Assembly (NCBI GenBank): GCA_964016885.1
Contig: OZ024740.1
Span: forward strand, 252,402,001-252,466,000
Origin: Eledone cirrhosa
Lineage: Eukaryota
Reading direction: 5' to 3'
DNA: 64,000 bases
A model generated the notes under the pieces. That model was not told the DNA's origin. It saw nothing but the letters and a program-made list of their open reading frames with translations, and made no database searches. This document shows, in pieces, positions 55,914 through 64,000 of the stretch. Position 1 is the stretch's first letter. Each line of letters opens with the position of its first letter. A program made the position numbers and the translations under genes.

Positions 55914-56295
55914 TATTACACTGTTATATTTATAACTACAGTTATTACACTGTTATATAACTACAGTTATTACACTGTTATATATATAACTACAGTTATT
56001 ACACTGTTATATATATATAACTACAGTTATTACACTGTTATATATATAACTACAGTTATTATATAACTACAGTTATTACACTGTTATATATATAACTACA
56101 GTTATTACACACTGTTATATATATAACTACAGTTATTACACTGTTATAAATATAACTACGGTTATTACACTGTTATATATATAACTACGGTTATTAAACT
56201 GTTATATATATAACTACAGTTATTACACACTGTTATGTATATAACTACAGTTATTACACTGTTATATATATAACTACAGTTATTACACACTGTTA
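55914..56295. repeat. ~25-30-bp minisatellite (TATATAACTACAGTTATTACACTGT)
   Basis: Direct reading. Confidence 0.9.
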
Positions 56296-59200
56296 CCACC
56301 AAGCAAAAAGATGGCGGAGAACCTGAAGAGCCATGGATTTCTGAGGACCCTGGCACAGATAGAGAGAAAGAGAAAAGAAATTGAGAAGGCGTATGTCCTC
56401 ATAGCGCCACATATGGCGATGCTAAGCCGTGTCCTCAGGGAGGAGAAAACCTAAGAGAGGGATGAGGAGAAAGAGAGGGAAAAGGAAAAGGAAAAAGAAA
56501 AGGAGGAGAGCACAAGCACGGACCTGAAAGAAAATGATATACCCTCCGCCACAGGCAGGGAGGGCAGGCCGGGCAACCAACAAGCAAAGGGCAAAGGTAA
56601 AAAGCGAAATCACCTTCCGAAGGAGAACCAAGTGCAGAGGGACCAGTGGACAACTGTTCAAAGGAAGAACAGAAAGCACCGAGACACTGGGAGCAAAAAA
56701 ACCCAAGTAATGTGCAAGTTTTTCAAGAACGGGACATGCTGGCATGGAGAGACAGGGATGGGATGCAGATTCGCCCACCCTAGGTCTCAAACGAACTATG
56801 CCCATCATACTCGCGCAACATGCCCCAGCCAAAGCTGAAATAAGCCGCTCCAGAAGTATGCTGATGTCGCGCGTGCCGCACCAACAAGGAGAAGGCACGC
56901 ACATGCCGACGAGATACAGATGGCAGCAGCAGATCAGAAAAATTTTTTAGTGATGGCTGAGAAGATTGTGGGACAGCTGACCTGGCTGCATCGTCTCCAG
57001 AGCCAGGGTCATCCACACCAGCACTCGAGACCACCGCAGTTAAAGGACCCAGAGTGGCCGCCGCTGACACCAAACCAGGTGTCATACCGACAGCCATTAC
57101 TGGCACCCCAAAAGTCACACCAGTGCTGCTGCTGAATGTCAGAGGCCTGGTGAAACTCAGTAACATGAGTAAAATTTCCTACATGGGAGACTTAGCCATA
57201 AGCAATCAAGCACTATGCATGGCACTAACCGAAACGCACCTGACAAGCAGTATAGCAGTTGCAGAAATACATATACCAAAATATACTGTATTTCGTTCAG
57301 ACAGGAAGGAGAGAACTGATGGTGGGGTTGCTCTGTATATCCGTGAAGATGTCACACCAATTGTACTATTGACACATTCAAACTCAGTCTGTGACACACT
57401 GATAATAGATATGAAGAAACTACAGACAGTAATATGTGTCACATATCGGCCGCCCGATGCCCCCAGTCATGAGGGTAAATTTGAGGATAGCCTAAGTAGG
57501 ATAGAAGAGGTCCTTGACAAACTGGACCAGGGTCTCAACATCCTACTGCTGGGAGACTTCAACCTACCAAAGGTCAAATGGCATGAGGGCCACCTCCTCC
57601 CTGGAATGACGTCAATAGAACAGAGACAGACAGAATCCCTGCTGGCCCTCACACACAGGCTGTTCATGGAGCAAGCAATACTCCTCCCAACAAGAGGCGA
57701 AAATGTCCTGGACCTCTGTTTTACAAACAACGAAGTGCTCATCCACAATGTAAAGGTGACACCAACAATTCTCTCGGATCATAACTTAGTAGAGCTAATG
57801 ATATGTGGTCCAAGAGAACCAACAGAGACAAAACCACCAAGAAGCTCCGGGACGCTATCCAGCCTTAACTTCTACAAGGCTAACTAGAAAAAGATTAAGA
57901 GTGAAATCCGGAAGCAAACATGGAGTGAAAACACCGCCACACAAGACACTAACACACAATTTCAACACTTCACGACAACGATACACACCATATGCAAAAA
58001 ATGTGTCCCGGAGAAAGAGGCAAACAGACACAAAAATCTTATTCCCAGAGATAGGAAAATCCTTATGAGACGTAGAACTAAACTCTCAAACCAGTTGAAT
58101 AGTCAATAAAACAAAATCAAGAAGGAATCCTATTTGAAACGTGCACTACTTGACACCGAGATTGCACTCAAACTTTCACATGAGAATGAGAGAGCAAAGA
58201 AAGAGAACAGGGCCATAGAAAACATTAAAACAAACCCTAAGGCCTTCTTTAAATTTGCAAAAGAAACTGCCTCAGTACACTGCAAGATTGGGCCACTCTT
58301 CCACACTCACGGTTCATTAACCGAAAACCCCCAAGAGATATGTGAAATACTGAACAAACAGTACAAAATTGTCTTCACATGTCCACTGAGGCACATGCAA
58401 ATAACGAAGCCAGAGGAGTTCTTTGATGCCACAACACTACATGAAGAAATGGCAACGATCAACCACATAGACATAACGGAGGAGGATGAGGTGTACGCCA
58501 TTGATGAAATTAGAACAAACTCGGCTGCTGGAACTGATGGATTCCCAGCAGTTCTCTTAAAAATATGTAAGCGGGCCTTAGCAACTCCACTGAAGATGCT
58601 CTTCAGAAGCTCCTTGGCTAGCGGTGTACTACCCAGGGAGCTGAAAGAAGGCACAATATGCCCTATCCATAAAGGAGGTAGTAGAGCGGAGGCCAAGAAC
58701 TATAGGCCAGTCTCCCTGACGTCGCATATCAATAAGGTCATGGAGCGAGTCTTCAGAAATAAACTAATCACTTTCCTCGAAGAAAATGACCGCCTGACTA
58801 GCACGCAACATGGCTTCCGCCCAGGAAGAAGCTGCCTTACACAGCTGCTACATCACTACAACTGGGTACTGAGACGACTACTAGACAGCTCACATGTAGA
58901 CGTGATATATCTTGACTTTGCGAAGGCCTTTGACAAGGTCGACCACGGAATGATATGTCACAAACTACACGGACTCGGCATAACTGGAAAAGTAGGTGAG
59001 TGGCTGCATGGCTTCCTAAGGGACAGAAGCCAGGCAGTCGCAGCAAATGGGGCCCTCACGAGGGAAACACCGATAACAAGTGGGGTGCCCCAGGGGACAC
59101 TCCTGGGACCACTACTGTTTTTGGTGGCTCTCTCGGACATGCCCTCTGTGGTGCATGCAACAACATCCCTCACTAGCTATGCTGATTACACTAAGGTAGC

Positions 59201-60163
59201 ACAGGCAATCAAAAACCCGGCTGACGCTGCCCTTTTACAGCAGGATCTGGATGCCATATACAGATGGGCGGAAGAAAACAACATGCAGTTTAATGCTGGC
59301 AAATTCCAAGCCCTACAATACAAACCTGCAAACACAAACACAACTATAGTGGAACACAGCTACACAGGACGGACCGATATCCTCGTGTCAAAATCGATAC
59401 GAGACCTGGGCATAGACATGAGCGATGATGCATCTTTTTCTTCACACATCATGAAAGTGGCGACAATGTGCAGACGACTCACTGGCTGGATCTTGAGGAC
59501 TTTCCGGACAAGAGATCGAGACACCATGTTTGGCACTGTGGAGGACTATTGTCCTAAGCCGCCTGGACTACTACTCCCAGTTGTGGTCACCCCATAGTGT
59601 CAAACTAACCACGGAGCTTGAGCCAATCCAGCGAAGCTACACCAAGAGGATTGCCAAGATGAGGGAGACAAGCTACTGGGAGAGGCTAAAGGAACTGAAC
59701 CTCTACTCCTTGGAGCAAAGACGGGAGAGATACGCAGTGATCTACATGTGGAAAATCCTGGAGGGTCTAGCACCAAACTTTGGCATTGGGAGCTGGACCA
59801 ACCGTCGAACAGGACGTCACTGTGTGGTGCCAAAGGTCCCGTCTTCCACATCTAGAATAAGGAGCAGGTATTGCAATAGCCAGGGATTCAAGAGCCCTCA
59901 ACTCTTCAACAGGCTGCCGAGGAATCTGAGAGACTTGCATGACGTGGAGGTGGATGTCTTTAAGAAACATCTCGACACCTTGTTGTCCAGGATCCCGGAT
60001 GAGCCCACAGCAAGACACGAGGGAAACCTAAGGGCAGCAGCAACAAACTCCCTCTTACACCAGTGGCCAACCTATACAGGCTGGAGATAAAATGTGTAGC
60101 AACAAGGGCGGTGCCCCAGCATGGCCTCAGCCATATGGCTGAAACAGGTAAAAGAGTGAAAGA
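56296..60163 (+). mobile_element. Near full-length CR1/L2-type non-LTR retrotransposon, disrupted
   Basis: ORF1 remnant with CCCH finger; APE endonuclease (LNVRGL, LTETH, GGVALY, GDFN, LDLCF, SDH); RT (YRPVSL, QHGF, YLDFAKAFD, GVPQG, YADY); stops and frameshifts. Confidence 0.9.
57054..60090 (+). pseudogene. LINE ORF2 (APE endonuclease + RT)
   Basis: Split over ORFs 57054-57887, 58134-59597 and 59530-60090; catalytic YADD reads YADY. Confidence 0.9.
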
Positions 60164-60191
60164 TATATATATATATATGTATATATATGTG

Positions 60192-60725
<534 letters not shown>

Positions 60726-60752
60726 CACATATATATATATATATATATATAT

Positions 60753-62958
60753 ATGACCAAAAACGTGAGGTGTTCAGGATTGCTAGGCAATGTGTCAAGG
60801 AAAACAGTGATATTGTCGGGGAGAAGTGTGTACTTAACGATGACGGCATACTTGCCATCACCGACGCCGATAAGAAGGTAGCTTGGAAGTGTCACTATGA
60901 AAGGCTACTAAATGAGGAGAATAAATGGGAGAAAGACAGTCTCCCCCATATCGACCCAATAGAGGGACCAGCAGTGTTAGTCGAGGGTAGTATAATAAGT
61001 AAGGCAATCAAAGATATGAAGACAGGCAAGGCGGCTGGGCCTTCGGAAATAGTTGCCGAGATGCTGAAGGCATCTGGTACGGTGGGACACACCATGGTCA
61101 CCCGGATAGTCAACCAAGTCATACAGAATGGGGTTGTTCCGAAGGACTGGCGCAGCAGCATTATCGTTAACTGTTATAAGGGTAAAGGAGATGCCCTAGA
61201 TAGGAGTAACTATAGAGGCATTAAATTAATCGACCAGGTCATGAAGGTCACGGAAAAAGTTATAGCGCAACTAATCAGAGAGCGAATTTATCTAGATGAA
61301 ATGCAGTTCGGGTTTGTGTCAGGAAAAAGTACCACAGACGCTCTTTTCATTGTACGACAACTACAGGAGAAGTACCTAGCTAAAAGTAAACCCCTATACT
61401 TAGCTTTCGTCGACTTGGAGAAGGCCTTCGACAGAGTCCCCCGTTCCATTATCTGGTGGGCTCTTAGAAAACTAGGTGTTGATGAATGGCTTGTGAGAGC
61501 TATACAAGCCATGTATAAAGAAACAGTTAGCAAGGTTAGAATTAACAACGAATATAGTGAAGAGTTTAGTGTAAAAGTTGGTGTTCATCAGGGCTCTGTT
61601 CTTAGCCCCCTACTATTTATTATTGCCCTCCAGGCTATAACAGTGGAGTTCATAGCTGAATCAATGGCCGAGCTAGTGAAGAAATTCCAAACATGGAAGC
61701 ACGGCCTAGAATCAAAACGCCTTAAAATTAACCTAGCTAAGACTAAAGTTCTAGTTTGTAAGAAAGAAAATAAGGCGGCGGTCCCCTCCGGGAAGTGGCC
61801 ATGCGCAGAGTGTAGGAAAGGCGTAGGTAGAAATTCCATTTTGTGTCCCAAATGCAAAGTTTGGGTGCATAAAAGATGTAGTGGGATCACAGGTAAGCTA
61901 ACTAAGAACATAGATTTTACATGTGGCCGGTGTTCTGGGGATATAAGTAGCAGCAAGTGCCCACAAAATACTAGCTCTTTCAACTGCGCAGAGGGTTCTA
62001 TAGAAATAGTGGACAGCTACCGTTACCTGGGTGACAAAATCAGCAGTGGGGGAGGGTGCTCTGAAAGTACAGTAGCTAGAGTCAGAACTGGGTGGAAAAA
62101 GTTCAGAGAGCTTATACCACTATTAGCCGCTAAAGGGTTCTCCCTAAAAATGAAAGGCAGGCTGTACGATGCCTGCATACGAACAGCAATGTTGCATGGC
62201 AGTGAGACCTGGGCATTGTGTGCAGAGGATATACGCAGACTAGAGAGAAACGAAGCTTGCATGCTCCGCTGGATGTGTAATAGTAATATACGTGAACGAC
62301 AAAGCATAAACGAACTAAGGAAAAAATTAGAAATAAGAGGGATCAGATGTTGTTTACTAGAGAGAAGGCTACGTTGGTATGGTCACGTGATGCGCATGAA
62401 GGATGATAGCTGTATAACAAAGTGCAGGGCAATAAAAATAGACGGTAGCCACGGAATAGGCAGACCCAGAAAAACCTGGGACGAGCTGATAAACACCGAC
62501 CTCACACACTTACACCTCACCAAGACAATGTCACTGGACCGAGACCTTTGGCGGTACTCAGTAATAGAGAAGACCCGCCTTGCCAGTAGGCATCTCTAAC
62601 AAAATACACCCCGTCCCACCACCCCCACCCCCACCCCATCCACACCACCCCGTTCTATGTAAAGTTATGTTGGTGCCGCGCCATCCAGGCCGAAACAAAT
62701 GAGCTCGTGTAGGTGTCATGACAAAAAAACACACAGTCCACGCTGTAATGTGGCCGTGTAGGCAACACGGTAAAAACCTCCCAGACCCACACTGTAAATG
62801 TGGGTGGTGTTAGGAAGGGCATCCAACTGTAGAAAACCTGCCAGACAGTCCTATGCGACCAAGAAAATCACTCTTGCCTCAAGTGGGACTACCCCCGTCC
62901 AAACCCATGCAAGCGTGGAACACGGACGTTAAACGTTGATGATGATGATGATGATGAT
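60753..62958 (+). mobile_element. 5'-truncated RTE-type LINE with 3' UTR and (GAT)n tail
   Basis: [35 protein letters not shown]-like Cys cluster, [17 protein letters not shown]. Confidence 0.9.
60770..62599 (+). pseudogene. RTE ORF2 RT with internal Cys-rich finger; lacks endonuclease and YADD
   Basis: Open 609-aa frame; QAITVEF joins directly to IAESMAEL where LYADD is expected. Confidence 0.85.
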
Positions 62959-63133
62959 ACATACATAGAAGGATTTTAAGTTTAGTTAAAAGGAATTTAT
63001 TGACACGTGTTTCTATAACAGTTACATAACCTGAAAACAGCTGCTATCTACAACTGTCGAGCAAACTCTACGTGAGCTGTCCATCTACTGTGTGTAATAT
63101 TTATATTACAACACTACGGAAAATACTGTATAT

Positions 63134-63188
<55 letters not shown>

Positions 63189-63228
63189 CATATATATATA
63201 CATATACATATATATATGCATATATATA

Positions 63229-63722
63229 TACATCATCATCATCATCATCAGGTTTAGCGTCCGTGTTCCACGCTTGCATGGGTTTGGACGGGGGTTTTCC
63301 CACTTGAGGCAAGAGTGGTTGTCTTGCTCGCATAGGACTGTCTGGCGAGTTTTCTACAGTTGGATGCCCTTCCTAACACCAACCACATTTACAGTGTGGG
63401 GCTGGGAGGTTTTTACCGTGTTGCCTACACGGCCACATTACAGCGTGGACTGTCTGGCGGGTTTTCTACAGCCGGATGCCCTTCCTAACACCAACCACAT
63501 TTACAGTGTGGGGCTGGGAGGTTTTTACCGTGTTGCCTACACGGCCACATTTACAGCGTGGACTGTGTGTTTTTTTATCGTGACACCTACACGATCTCAT
63601 TTGTTTCGGCTTGGATGTTGTGGGACCAACATAACTTTACATTGAAAGGGGCGGTGTGGATGGGGTGGAGGTGGCGGGACGGGGGGGTGTTTTGATAGAG
63701 ATGCCTACTGACTGTAGTAGGT
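63229..63722 (-). mobile_element. 3' end of the same RTE family, inverted (tail-to-tail), with a ~110-bp internal duplication
   Basis: Reverse complement of ~62580-62955 including the (GAT)n tail. Confidence 0.85.
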
Positions 63723-63819
63723 TTTATATACATATATATATACATATACATATATATATACATATATATATATATATACATATATATACATATATATATA
63801 CATATATATATATACATAT

Positions 63820-64000
63820 ATGTAAAGTTATATTTAAAATTGTTGGGTTACAACTAGTAAATATTTATAACTGATATAAAAGCACTCGACAAATATTTGG
63901 AGTATATTTACAATATTTTGTCTGATGAAGGCATAGCATATTGTTAATATGATATCCCCGAAATATATATAATGAAATAGATATGGTTTTATAAATATAG
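63820..64000. mobile_element. Family-A pLTR fold-back fragment with plus-strand HHR at 63914-63979
   Basis: HHR identical to 22453-22518; left arm is the inverted pLTR tail; runs off the window. Confidence 0.8.

Overview
Repeat-dominated, AT-rich eukaryotic DNA. It is probably an invertebrate, and the SINEs resemble octopod cephalopod SINEs, though that is recall rather than a search result. I can support no intact host gene. Almost all short ORFs in the track are translations of microsatellites: (TA)n, (CA)n, (GA)n, (GAT)n, (GGT)n and a 9-bp minisatellite. The real coding remnants are all transposon-derived: two Penelope-like elements (PLEs; RT plus C-terminal GIY-YIG, CxCx5Cx5C linker), a near full-length CR1/L2-type LINE, a 5'-truncated RTE-type LINE, several RTE fragments and a mariner relic. 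The main unannotated signal is a dense set of type I hammerhead ribozymes (HHR), found by manual folding: about 25 complete motifs plus several partial or degenerate ones, from roughly 10 sequence families. They sit in PLE pseudo-LTRs and in non-coding ~476-, 518-, 525- and ~536-bp units that occur as tandem and/or divergently inverted copies in (TA)n tracts. The most striking is a 4.46-kb fold-back array of ~9 near-identical 476-bp units, each with one HHR (42119-46577). This is the architecture expected of non-autonomous, PLE-mobilised retrozyme-like elements that would self-cleave into unit-length, possibly circular, RNAs.
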